Assembly: GCA_022866545.1 (NCBI GenBank)
Contig: JALHUO010000046.1
Location: 1-46,010, forward strand
Direction of reading: 5' to 3'
DNA from: Dehalococcoidia bacterium
GTDB taxonomy: Bacteria; Chloroflexota; Dehalococcoidia; GIF9; AB-539-J10
Length of the DNA stretch: 46,010 nt
Made by a program: the position numbers and the translations under genes. Positions within the stretch are counted from its first letter, which is position 1; each line of letters starts with the position of its first letter. The notes beneath the pieces were generated by a model that saw nothing but the letters and a program-made list of their open reading frames with translations, was not told the origin of the DNA and did not search any database. Positions 16,472-25,555 of the stretch are shown here, one piece after another.

Positions 16472-17449
16472 GTGATTGTAGTTCAAACTCCTTTGCGAAT
16501 AAGTTTTGTCGGAGGAGGCACTGATTTTGATGACTTTTACTTATCCCAGGGTGGGGCGGTCATTAGTACTGCCATTGATAAATATGTATTTGTCATTGTA
16601 AAGGAAAGATTTGATGATCTAATTTGCCTGAACTACACGCAGAGAGAGCGAGTAGAAAGGGTAGATGACATCGGCCATGAACTTGTCAGAGAGGCTATGA
16701 GAATAACGGGAGTAGGCAAAGGGATAGAGATTACAACCCTTGCTGATGTACCTGCGGAGGGGACTGGCCTTGGTTCCTCGAGTAGTGTTACTGTCGGATT
16801 GCTTCAAGCCCTGTATGCTTACCAGGGTGAACTCAGGACAATCGAGACTTTAGCTCAGGAAGCATGCCGCATCGAGATAGACATACTGAAGCACCCCATA
16901 GGAAGACAAGATCAATACATCGCAGCATACGGCAATCTTCGCTTCATCACCTTCAGCGATGCTGGCGTTGAAGTTGAGAAAGTCGAGCTTCCCTCCCAAG
17001 AGAAGAGAAGGCTAAACGATTCTCTCCTCTGTTTCTATACGGGCATGACCAGAAAAGCAAGTGAAATTTTAGAGGAGCAGAAAGCCAACATAAATGACCG
17101 CCTTAGCGTGCTGGGTGAAATGAAAAAGCTTGCCTTCCGAGCGAAAGGTGCTATCCTGCAAGGTGCTTTTGATGAGTTGGGAGAGATTTTGCACTCAAGT
17201 TGGGAATTAAAAAAGACCCTTGCCAGCAAGATAACCAATCCCCAGATAGACGAAAGGTACGAAGCTGCTCGGAAGGCGGGAGCCATCGGCGGCAAGATTA
17301 CCGGAGCTGGTGGGGGTGGTTTTTTGCTTCTATATTGTCCGAAGGAAAAACAGGATGCAGTGAGAAAAACCCTCAAACTTCGAGAGCTTCCTTTCCGCTT
17401 TGAGTCAGACGGAAGCAAAGTAATTTTCAACTATAGGAGAGGCACTTGA
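16472..17449 (+). CDS. hddA: GHMP kinase, D-glycero-alpha-D-manno-heptose-7-phosphate kinase-like
   Basis: 325 aa with a GTG start after GGAGGGAG. PLRISFVGGGTDF N-terminus, GHMP motif PAEGTGLGSSSS and C-terminal GAGGGGF. Sits in an operon with gmhA, gmhB and a nucleotidyltransferase. Confidence 0.75.
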   Translation: MIVVQTPLRISFVGGGTDFDDFYLSQGGAVISTAIDKYVFVIVKERFDDLICLNYTQRERVERVDDIGHELVREAMRITGVGKGIEITTLADVPAEGTGLGSSSSVTVGLLQALYAYQGELRTIETLAQEACRIEIDILKHPIGRQDQYIAAYGNLRFITFSDAGVEVEKVELPSQEKRRLNDSLLCFYTGMTRKASEILEEQKANINDRLSVLGEMKKLAFRAKGAILQGAFDELGEILHSSWELKKTLASKITNPQIDERYEAARKAGAIGGKITGAGGGGFLLLYCPKEKQDAVRKTLKLRELPFRFESDGSKVIFNYRRGT

Positions 17450-18009
17450 ACGTCTTGGACACCATAAGGAAATACATTTCTGATATCAATGTAGCTTTAG
17501 GGAGGCTTCCGATAGACAAGATTGCTGAAGTTGTTGATTTGTTAGAAAAAGCACGACTTGAAGGCAATAAAGTTTTCATTTTTGGCAATGGCGGTTCAGC
17601 AGCTACCGCCTCACATTTCGCCAGTGACCTTTCAAAAGGAGCTATCAGCGAGGGAAAGCCAAGGATAAAGGCTTTTGCCTTGACTGACAACATACCCCTG
17701 CTTACAGCTTGGGCGAATGACACCTCTTATGAAAATGTTTTCGCTGAACAAGTGGAGAACTGTGTTGACCCTGGAGACATTGTGATTGGTATCAGCGGTA
17801 GTGGCAGTTCGCCGAATGTGCTTAAAGGTGTAAAAGTGGCGAAGAACAAGGGAGCTAATACCATCGGCTTTATTGGTTTCGACGGTGGGAAGCTTAAAAG
17901 CCTTGTGGATATTGCCATTATAGTGCCGAGCCATAATATGGAGCAGGTCGAGGATATACACCTGCTTCTTGAACATGTCATCACCACCTGTTTAAGAGAG
18001 GCACTTTAA
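17446..18009 (+). CDS. gmhA: phosphoheptose (sedoheptulose-7-phosphate) isomerase, SIS domain
   Basis: 187 aa. VFIFGNGGSAATASHFASDL, ISGSGSSPN and HLLLEH motifs. TTG start overlaps the hddA stop. Confidence 0.85.
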   Translation: MNVLDTIRKYISDINVALGRLPIDKIAEVVDLLEKARLEGNKVFIFGNGGSAATASHFASDLSKGAISEGKPRIKAFALTDNIPLLTAWANDTSYENVFAEQVENCVDPGDIVIGISGSGSSPNVLKGVKVAKNKGANTIGFIGFDGGKLKSLVDIAIIVPSHNMEQVEDIHLLLEHVITTCLREAL

Positions 18010-18010
18010 G

Positions 18011-18991
18011 ATGAATGTCCTGGTTACCGGCGGGGCAGGATACGTCGGAAGCATCGTTACCGGGCATTTACTACAACAGAAACACAAGGTAATTGTCGTA
18101 GATAATCTGCAACAAGGTCATAAGGAAGCAGTCCTGCCTCCGGCTGAGTTCGTTTTGACTGATATCTGCGATACATCAAGCCTTGAGAGCGCCTTCCGCC
18201 GGTTCAAGATTGATGCTGTAATGCACATGGCAGCCGAGACCGTAGTGGAATATTCCATGACCGATCCCAAAAGGTACTTTCATACCAATCTGCTGGGTGG
18301 GATGAACCTTCTTAATGCCATGCTGAAGCACGGTGTAGACAGGATCATCTATTCTTCTACTGCTGCTGTCTATGGTGAGCCCCACGGTATTCCCATAGAG
18401 GAAGACCATCCTGAAACTCCGATAAATAGCTACGGAGAATCAAAGTTGATGTTCGAGCGTATTCTGGACTGGTATGGCAGAGCCTATGGGCTAAAGCATA
18501 TATCTTTCAGGTATTTTTGTGCTGCTGGGGCAACAGAGCTTTTGGGTGAAGACCATCGTCCTGAGACCCACCTCATCCCGAACGTCCTTAAAGCAGCCTT
18601 GAACGAAAAAAATGCGGTTTCTGTATTTGGCACAGACTACCCGACGGAAGATGGAAGCTGCATCCGGGACTTCGTTCATGTGGTGGATATTGCCCGAGCT
18701 CATCTCGTAGCTATGGAGAAGATAGATAGTCTGAACGGGAACATCTATAACTTAGGAAATGGCAAGGGGTATTCGGTGCTCGAGGTCATCAAAATTGCAG
18801 AGAAAGTTGCAGGCGTGAGGATCCCCGTAAAATCTTGCCCCCGCCGTCTTGGAGACCCTGCAATACTAGTGGCCAGTGCAGACCGAGCTATGCGAGAATT
18901 AGGCTGGAAGCCTCAATTTTCCAGACCCGAAGATATCATCGAGAGCGCCTGGCAGTGGCTCAAGGGCCATCCTGATGGATACAAGCAATAG
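18011..18991 (+). CDS. galE: UDP-glucose/UDP-hexose 4-epimerase
   Basis: 326 aa. VLVTGGAGYVGS Rossmann motif, SSTAAVYG, YGESKLMFE (YxxxK), and RYFCAAGA and IRDFVHVVD typical of GalE. Confidence 0.85.
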   Translation: MNVLVTGGAGYVGSIVTGHLLQQKHKVIVVDNLQQGHKEAVLPPAEFVLTDICDTSSLESAFRRFKIDAVMHMAAETVVEYSMTDPKRYFHTNLLGGMNLLNAMLKHGVDRIIYSSTAAVYGEPHGIPIEEDHPETPINSYGESKLMFERILDWYGRAYGLKHISFRYFCAAGATELLGEDHRPETHLIPNVLKAALNEKNAVSVFGTDYPTEDGSCIRDFVHVVDIARAHLVAMEKIDSLNGNIYNLGNGKGYSVLEVIKIAEKVAGVRIPVKSCPRRLGDPAILVASADRAMRELGWKPQFSRPEDIIESAWQWLKGHPDGYKQ

Positions 18992-19751
18992 CCGCGTCAC
19001 CAAAGCGATGATACTTGCCGCAGGAGAAGGGACCAGGCTAAGGCCACTCACATTGGAAACCCCGAAGGTGCTCTTACCTGTAGCGGGTGTCCCTTTGATT
19101 TACTATACCCTTACCTGGCTCAGAAGCCATGGCATAGGAGAAGTATGCATCAATCTCCATCACCTGGCTAACAGGATAAAGGAGTCACTTGGAGATGGCT
19201 CTAGGTTCGGAGTCAAAGTGCATTACTCTGTCGAAGAAAGCCTGCTTGGGACTGCTGGTGGTGTGAAAAAAGTGGAGCACTTTTTTGATACCACTTTCGT
19301 TGTTGTCTACGGTGATGTCCTTACTGACTTCAATCTCTCAGCCATGATGGCATTTCATCAAAGGAAAAAGGCTATAGCCACGCTGGCAGTTACCAGAGTA
19401 TCCAATCCTTGGGAGACAGGCATCGTGAAAATGAATCGGGAGGGGAGGATTATTTCCTGTATCGAAAAACCCCCTAGGGGAACCGAAATGGGGAACATGG
19501 CAAATGGTGGGGTTTATGTCCTGGAAAGACAAGTTCTCGACTTCATTCCAAATCAAGGCTATTGCGATTTCGCCTACGACGTCTTTCCTAGGCTTGTAAG
19601 AGCGAACTTTCCTGTCTACGGGTATGTGCTTGGACACGAAGATTACCTCATTGACATTGGCGCCATTGACAAATATCTCAAAGCGAATGAGGACGTAAAA
19701 TCAGGGAAAGTGAAAATGACGTATGAAGAACAGAGCAGTGTTCCTGGATAG
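18975..19751 (+). CDS. hddC: sugar-1-phosphate nucleotidyltransferase (heptose-1-phosphate guanylyltransferase-like by context)
   Basis: 258 aa. ILAAGEGTRLRPLT..PKVLLPV signature, then YGDVLTD. Alternative start at 19008. Specificity is inferred only from the hddA/gmhA/gmhB neighbours. Confidence 0.65.
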   Translation: MDTSNSRVTKAMILAAGEGTRLRPLTLETPKVLLPVAGVPLIYYTLTWLRSHGIGEVCINLHHLANRIKESLGDGSRFGVKVHYSVEESLLGTAGGVKKVEHFFDTTFVVVYGDVLTDFNLSAMMAFHQRKKAIATLAVTRVSNPWETGIVKMNREGRIISCIEKPPRGTEMGNMANGGVYVLERQVLDFIPNQGYCDFAYDVFPRLVRANFPVYGYVLGHEDYLIDIGAIDKYLKANEDVKSGKVKMTYEEQSSVPG

Positions 19752-20277
19752 GGATGGCACTATTGCTCGGGATGTTCACTACTGCCGGCGGGCGGAGGAT
19801 TTCGAGCTGCTTTCCACCGTTCCCGAGGCAATAAAGCTTCTAAATGACAGCGGTTTCAAGGTTATAGTCATCACCAACCAGTCGGGTATTGCTAGAGGCT
19901 ATTTTACCGAAGAGGCACTGGCTCTAATTCACCAAAAGATGGAAGAGGAACTTGCCAGGCACAGTGCTAAAGTGGATGCTATATATTATTGCCCGCATCA
20001 TCCTGATGACGGCTGCGACTGTCGGAAGCCCAAGACTGGTCTTTTTCTCTTAGCTGCTGAAAAAATGGACGTTGATTTCAATTTGTCCTACGTGGTTGGG
20101 GACTTGCCCATGGATATAGAAGCTGGCAAAGCTTTAGGCTGTAAGACGGTTCTTGTAACCACGGGACCTAAGGCAGGAGAAGATATTCTTGACCCACCCG
20201 ACTACACTGCGAACAGCCTTATTAAAGCAGCCCTGTGGATAACAAAAGATGCCAATGTGGAAAATTCAGGATTGTAG
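19723..20277 (+). CDS. gmhB: D,D-heptose 1,7-bisphosphate phosphatase (HAD-IIIA)
   Basis: 184 aa. FLDRDGTI, ITNQSG and CPHHPDDGCDCRKP (zinc-binding insert typical of GmhB), then VGD..D. Confidence 0.85.
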   Translation: MKNRAVFLDRDGTIARDVHYCRRAEDFELLSTVPEAIKLLNDSGFKVIVITNQSGIARGYFTEEALALIHQKMEEELARHSAKVDAIYYCPHHPDDGCDCRKPKTGLFLLAAEKMDVDFNLSYVVGDLPMDIEAGKALGCKTVLVTTGPKAGEDILDPPDYTANSLIKAALWITKDANVENSGL

Positions 20278-20566
20278 TTCCGTTGGTTTGGGTCTTAAGA
20301 TGCTATCAGGCAAGACAGTATTCCCATTCTATTGATAACTGTGTTTTTGTTGGTGAAGATTGTAATGAGTGTGAAATCTCATCACACGTTTGCTTGTACC
20401 CTTGTACGTGTAATAGCATAATACATAAATAATAGAACAAGAAACACCGCAGGTATGTGGGACTATGACAGTTAGCTAAGATAAGTTGCTGTGAAACAGA
20501 TAGATGAAATGCCCTTTCTGGAAGAACAATAAACTGGGAAAGGAAGCACACGATGGTGAGCTCGAT

Positions 20567-21280
20567 ATGAAGAAGTGTGTGCTGTCAACTTGGAGAGAAA
20601 CATTAAGCGATGTTCTAGCAAATGCAGGTGCGGCTTACAGATGCGTTTCAAAGAGGATACATCAATCGCCTCAAGAGAACAGGCTAATCCGGTGGTTTAG
20701 AGATAACGGAGACAAAACGCTTCGGCTTAATTATGATTTGGATGGTAACTCATTAGTGTTCGACATGGGGGGTTATGAAGGACAGTGGGCAAGTGATATT
20801 TTTTCAAAGTATTGTTGTACAATTCATGTTTTTGAGCCGGTAATAGAATTTGCAGATAAGATTGAAAAGAGGTTTTCGAGAAACAGGAAGATATTCGTCC
20901 ACAAATTCGGCTTATCAAACGGTAGCAAAAAGGCTGCGATTGCACTGGCGCAAGATGGGTCCTCACTTTTCAGACAGGGCAAGCAGACTAGAGAGATAAG
21001 CCTTGTCAGAGCGGTAGACTTTCTGCGAGAGAACAATATCCAAAATATTGAACTGATGAAGATTAACATTGAGGGAGGGGAATATGACCTTCTCGACCAT
21101 TTAATTGACACTGGATTCGTAAGGCATATTAAGAATATACAGGTTCAGTTTCATGACTTTGTTCCTAATGCTGAGCTGAGAATGACAGGAATTCAACAAC
21201 GGCTGCAAGAGACACACGCGTTGACCTACCAGTATTCATTTGTTTGGGAGAATTGGAGACTTAAAGATAATGTTTCATGA
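20567..21280 (+). CDS. FkbM-family methyltransferase
   Basis: Contains VFDMGGYEGQW, HVFEP and MKINIEGGEYDLL (FkbM signature). The track ORF starts at 20504; Met22 (20567) gives the usual length. The gene is visibly AT-rich. Confidence 0.75.
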   Translation: MKKCVLSTWRETLSDVLANAGAAYRCVSKRIHQSPQENRLIRWFRDNGDKTLRLNYDLDGNSLVFDMGGYEGQWASDIFSKYCCTIHVFEPVIEFADKIEKRFSRNRKIFVHKFGLSNGSKKAAIALAQDGSSLFRQGKQTREISLVRAVDFLRENNIQNIELMKINIEGGEYDLLDHLIDTGFVRHIKNIQVQFHDFVPNAELRMTGIQQRLQETHALTYQYSFVWENWRLKDNVS

Positions 21281-21416
21281 TATTTGGGGTACATTATTGC
21301 ATGTGCGCCATGTTCGGCGGATTGTCTTCCAATTGGCAGAGGTGGCAGTGCCCGGAGGGCTGTTTGCTGCCATTATCGAGCGGATAACTCGGGGTTCGCG
21401 GCTAGGCCCTGGCTAA
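21270..21416 (+). pseudogene. 48-codon relic resembling the central part of a class I SAM methyltransferase
   Basis: Hand translation gives MFHDIWGTLLHVRHVRRIVFQLAEVAVPGGLFAAIIERITRGSRLGPG*. This fits the D.....L.HV......l.e..RvL.PGG.l pattern, but no motif I is present. Below the ORF-track size cut-off. Confidence 0.35.
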
Positions 21417-21752
21417 ACGCGCACCAGGAGAAACGGGGAGCGTGATCAAGGGGGAAGGCTTGGCTCTTTTACGAGGTTCAAGAGCTCGCATGGGGCTCGG
21501 CTCTGGGATGGTTTGATAACCAGGCACAAAGGGTGATATATTGTCGGCACCAGAGGCGATGAGGGCTGGATATCGCCTCATCGGGAGTTGAAATGGGAAA
21601 TCCCGGATAGAGTTTTTTCCTGGCTGCTACCCGAGTAACTGGGCAAGGACAAAGATAACTCACCTCGATGGTGAAAAGGCGAGACTGTATAGCTGGGCTT
21701 TAGCGAAGGTCAAATGATAGGCCCTGGTTGAAACTCCTCGGAGGTCATCAGA

Positions 21753-22661
21753 ATGGCCAGAAAGTACATGCATCCTGCAGGCATTCCCCGCGAGATGGGT
21801 CGGCGAGGCCACGAACTGGATGACCGCCTAGCAGGAGTGCTCCATTTGATGGAGCATGCACCTCTGGACGATGTGCATACTGTTCTGGACGTTGGCTTCG
21901 GTGAAGGGCAGATTTCCAAGTGGCTGGCCCAAAGGGGAAAGGTCGTAACCGCCACCGGTATCGAAATCAGTTCGTACGATGTTGACACTGCTGCCCTAAA
22001 GGAGCAATTGGGTATCTCCATTCACGAATGTAAAGCAGAGAAGATGCCCTTTGCAGACAAATCGTTTGATGCAGCAGTGATGAGCCATACCCTAGAGCAT
22101 TGCCCCAATGTGGCGATGGCCCTCGGCGAGCTATGGCGAGTCCTCAGAGAAGGAGGGCGCCTATTTGTTTTTGTCCCGCCGCACGACAACTACGTCTGTG
22201 CTGGACACGTGTCGATGGGGTGGACAGTTGGTCAACTCATGTATGTACTTCTGCTGGCTGGATTCAAGGTGAAGGATGGCATGTTCTTTGACGGTGGCGG
22301 TTACAACATCTGCGGATTCGTAACAAAGGACTCTGCACAAGAACTTCCTCCGTTACGAGGCGACCGCGGGGATATTCGCATTCTAAATGACGCAGGACTA
22401 TTTCCCATGCATATCCTCTCTCGTGAAGCCGCCACGAACTATGAGGGACCATATCTGCGTTCGCATGACGATTTCAACGACGGGTTTTGGGGGAAGATCC
22501 GGTCGGTCAACTGGCCCGCCCATGGATTCGATGATGCCAGTTCCCGTAAGACAATTCTACGCAGGATCGCAGTGCTTATCTCGCGAATATTGCCCACACC
22601 GCTCAGGACACGACTTGCGACAATATTGACCGCGGCAGGAAATTTGTTTCAGGAAAGTTGA
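21753..22661 (+). CDS. class I SAM-dependent methyltransferase with a ~110-aa C-terminal extension
   Basis: 302 aa. Motif I VLDVGFGEGQ, then MPFADKSFDAAVMSHTLEH and WRVLREGGRLFVFVP. Confidence 0.8.
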   Translation: MARKYMHPAGIPREMGRRGHELDDRLAGVLHLMEHAPLDDVHTVLDVGFGEGQISKWLAQRGKVVTATGIEISSYDVDTAALKEQLGISIHECKAEKMPFADKSFDAAVMSHTLEHCPNVAMALGELWRVLREGGRLFVFVPPHDNYVCAGHVSMGWTVGQLMYVLLLAGFKVKDGMFFDGGGYNICGFVTKDSAQELPPLRGDRGDIRILNDAGLFPMHILSREAATNYEGPYLRSHDDFNDGFWGKIRSVNWPAHGFDDASSRKTILRRIAVLISRILPTPLRTRLATILTAAGNLFQES

Positions 22662-22696
22662 ATTGATCTCTTTTCAACTCCCTAAACCCCCCAATC

Positions 22697-23302
22697 TTGG
22701 AGGACTTAGGAAGCTGGGGGATACCCCCTAAACGAGGTGTGATGAATGAGGATTGGAGATGCGGGCAGATTGACTATGTGAGCGATATGGCCTGGATCCG
22801 GGTTCCCGCGGCGAGCTTCGACCATCTGTTCTGCGCAGAGGTTTTGGAACACGTGCGTGAGTCGATAGTTGCAGTCAAGGAGTTCAATCGCATACTTAAG
22901 CTTGGCGGATATCTCTTTTTATCAGCGCCTTTGGGGGCGGGCCTGCACCAGCAGCCGTATCACTATCACGGGGGATTCACGCCACACTTTTATCGTAAGT
23001 TCCTACCTGAGTATGGCTTTGGGACCCTAAAGATGGCGCCCAACGGGGGGTCCTTCCGCCATTCCCTTCAGGAAGTCAATCGTGCGTGGGGCATAATTCA
23101 GTCACATCGCAACTACAGAAGGCGGCATCCCATGTGGTGGGTGCTGAGGTTGGCATTCAGCCATTTCATCCCGATCTGGTTCTCTCGATTGGACGACGAG
23201 ATATTTATCGAGGAATTCACTGTTGGCTACCATATCGAAACTCAGAAAGTAGGGGGGTCAACTGAGAAGCAAAGCCTGAATCTTTGTACATCCGTTTTAT
23301 GA
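22697..23302 (+). CDS. methyltransferase-like protein lacking a canonical N-terminal SAM-binding motif (possibly decayed)
   Basis: 201 aa with a TTG start. VPAASFDHLFCAEVLEHV and FNRILKLGGYLFLSAP match motifs post-I to III. Only a degenerate LEDLGSWG occupies the motif I position, and the frame opens just 30 nt upstream. Confidence 0.5.
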   Translation: MEDLGSWGIPPKRGVMNEDWRCGQIDYVSDMAWIRVPAASFDHLFCAEVLEHVRESIVAVKEFNRILKLGGYLFLSAPLGAGLHQQPYHYHGGFTPHFYRKFLPEYGFGTLKMAPNGGSFRHSLQEVNRAWGIIQSHRNYRRRHPMWWVLRLAFSHFIPIWFSRLDDEIFIEEFTVGYHIETQKVGGSTEKQSLNLCTSVL

Positions 23303-23315
23303 ATAACGAGCAATC

Positions 23316-24494
23316 ATGAGAATCTTCTACGCCTCCGTCACCACACCGAACTCAGCATTCCAATCTAATCTGTGGCGCAACAATCTGTATCTGCCTTTAG
23401 TGGACTTAGGGCACGATGTGGTGGAGTTCCAATACGATCTGAGGAAAACTCTCCAGAGCCCCGACCCTGCGGATCCGATACAGAAGGCCTTCATAGAAAG
23501 GAACAGACCCAAATTGACCAAGGAGTTGCTGCACCAGATAAGGGCTGCCCATGCCAGCAGGCCCGTTGACCTTTTTTTCAGCTATTTTTACGATGCCTGT
23601 GTCCTGCCTGAGGCAATTGACGAAATAAAAGCTATGGGAATAAGAACAGTCAACTGGTACTGCAATGGCTCATACCAGCTACACCTTGTTTCGGAAATTG
23701 CTCCTCATTATGATTGGTGCCTTGTGCCCGAAAAGTTCCGCCTCAAGGATTATGTGGCCATGGGGGCACGGCCTATTTACTGCCAGGAGGCGGCTAACCC
23801 AAATATCTATAAACCCTATGACTTGGCAGTTGAATATGATGTAACCTTTGTCGGGCAGGCATATGGTGACCGCCCGGTGTACATCAATTATTTGCGGGAG
23901 CAGGGAATTGATGTGCGAGTCTGGGGATGGGGCTGGCACAATTTCTCGACAGAAGCAAAGGCACGGCTCTGGTCGAGTTTGCCGAGACGATCCTTACTTG
24001 GGGCGCGGCTGCTGATGAGCGAAAGCGGCCGACAGGTGCTGTGGCAGTATTTCCACCGTCAGTCTCCTGAGAACATCCGAAATACAGAGCCTCGCGCCGT
24101 TTTGCCCGCTTCAATCATAGGCGGTGCATTGTTGGACCTTGAGTTGATCCAGATGTATAGCCGCTCCAAAATAAACCTGGGATTTTCTTCGTGCGGCGAC
24201 ACTCACAAGACTGGAGAACGTATTCTACAGGTGCGTCTAAGGGATTTCGAAGTCCCCATGAGTGGGGGTTTCTATATTGTGGAGCACATGGAGGAACTGG
24301 GCGAATTCTTTAAGGTAGGCAACGAGATTGTCTGTTATACTGATAAAGAAGACCTGGCTGACAAAATCAAGTACTATTTAGGACACGATGCTGAGCGCGA
24401 GCGCATTCGCCAGGCAGGGCATGAGCGCTGCCTGCGTGACCATAGCTGGCACAAAAGATTTCAGATGGCTTTTCGAGAGATGGGGTTAGCTTGA
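23316..24494 (+). CDS. CgeB-like glycosyltransferase (Glyco_trans_1_2-type C-terminal domain)
   Basis: 392 aa. The C-terminal INLGF......R.FEVPMSGGFYIVEH...F..G.EIV.Y.......DKIKYYL.H..ER..I...G pattern is typical of CgeB/DUF3880-type GTs. Confidence 0.65.
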   Translation: MRIFYASVTTPNSAFQSNLWRNNLYLPLVDLGHDVVEFQYDLRKTLQSPDPADPIQKAFIERNRPKLTKELLHQIRAAHASRPVDLFFSYFYDACVLPEAIDEIKAMGIRTVNWYCNGSYQLHLVSEIAPHYDWCLVPEKFRLKDYVAMGARPIYCQEAANPNIYKPYDLAVEYDVTFVGQAYGDRPVYINYLREQGIDVRVWGWGWHNFSTEAKARLWSSLPRRSLLGARLLMSESGRQVLWQYFHRQSPENIRNTEPRAVLPASIIGGALLDLELIQMYSRSKINLGFSSCGDTHKTGERILQVRLRDFEVPMSGGFYIVEHMEELGEFFKVGNEIVCYTDKEDLADKIKYYLGHDAERERIRQAGHERCLRDHSWHKRFQMAFREMGLA

Positions 24495-25555
24495 ATTCAG
24501 ATTCGCCTGAAGTCACGGTCCTTATGCCAGTGTATAATGGCGAAAAGTATCTGGAGAAAGCTATTGAAAGTATCCTCACTCAGACTTTTCGCGACTTTGA
24601 GTTCATCATCATCGACGATGGCTCAACTGATGACACAAGCGACATTCTCGCTCGTTATCAGCAGAAAGATGCCCGAATCCGTGTCTACCATCAAAAGAAC
24701 CAGGGATTGATGGCCTCGCTTAACAGGGGATGTCAACTTGCTCAGGGAAAATATATCGCACGGATGGATGCGGATGATGTAAGTTTACCTGAGCGACTGG
24801 AGCAGCAAGTGCGGTTCCTGGATACGCGCCCGGATATTGGTATACTTGGGACATGGATGGAGGTAATCGACAAAAACGGTGTGACTCGATATATAGTGCG
24901 CGTGCCAACGACGCCCGCCCTGATCGAGTGGTCTCTTCTCTTTGACAGTTGTATGGGGCATCCATCAGTTATGATGCGCCGTGATGTAATTGAGCGGCTG
25001 AATTTCTATAGTTCTGAAGCCACCTATGCAGAAGACTATGACCTCTGGTCGCGTGCCAGTCTTATCACGCATTTAGCAAACATACCGGAGGCCTTGCTTC
25101 GATACCGTGTTTGGGAGGGAGGACTCACTTCGCATCGTCTCCTAGAAACCAGGCAATATGCAGACATAGTAAGCCGCTCCGTGATCATTCGACTCCTGGG
25201 CTCAGAGGTATCTTCAGGGACTATTGGCAACCTACGAAAGGTGCTGAACGGGCTGCCCCTTGATAGTTCTCAGCAAATTGATGAGGTAGTCACTCTAGTA
25301 AAACAACTGCATCGAACTTACCTGAATACTCACTCTCTAAACCGAGCGGAGACTAGGGAAATTGCTCATGATGCCGGGATGAGACTATTGACGATAGCTG
25401 CGTCAACCGGCAAGGTCGGCGTGTTGAAGCGCCTCTGTATTGTGGCTCAAGCACTGAGATTAAGCCCTCGTCTGTTCGGGTCTAAGCTGGTTATCACGAA
25501 AGGCCTGAAAAAGGGCTTTCACATACTATCGGGAATGGCTTATGGCAGGTACTGA
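24491..25555 (+). CDS. family 2 glycosyltransferase
   Basis: 354 aa. VTVLMPVYNGEKYLEKAIESILTQTFRDFEFIIIDDGSTDD, NQGL..SLNRG and the ARMDADD DxD motif. TTG start overlaps the upstream stop. Confidence 0.9.
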   Translation: MNSDSPEVTVLMPVYNGEKYLEKAIESILTQTFRDFEFIIIDDGSTDDTSDILARYQQKDARIRVYHQKNQGLMASLNRGCQLAQGKYIARMDADDVSLPERLEQQVRFLDTRPDIGILGTWMEVIDKNGVTRYIVRVPTTPALIEWSLLFDSCMGHPSVMMRRDVIERLNFYSSEATYAEDYDLWSRASLITHLANIPEALLRYRVWEGGLTSHRLLETRQYADIVSRSVIIRLLGSEVSSGTIGNLRKVLNGLPLDSSQQIDEVVTLVKQLHRTYLNTHSLNRAETREIAHDAGMRLLTIAASTGKVGVLKRLCIVAQALRLSPRLFGSKLVITKGLKKGFHILSGMAYGRY

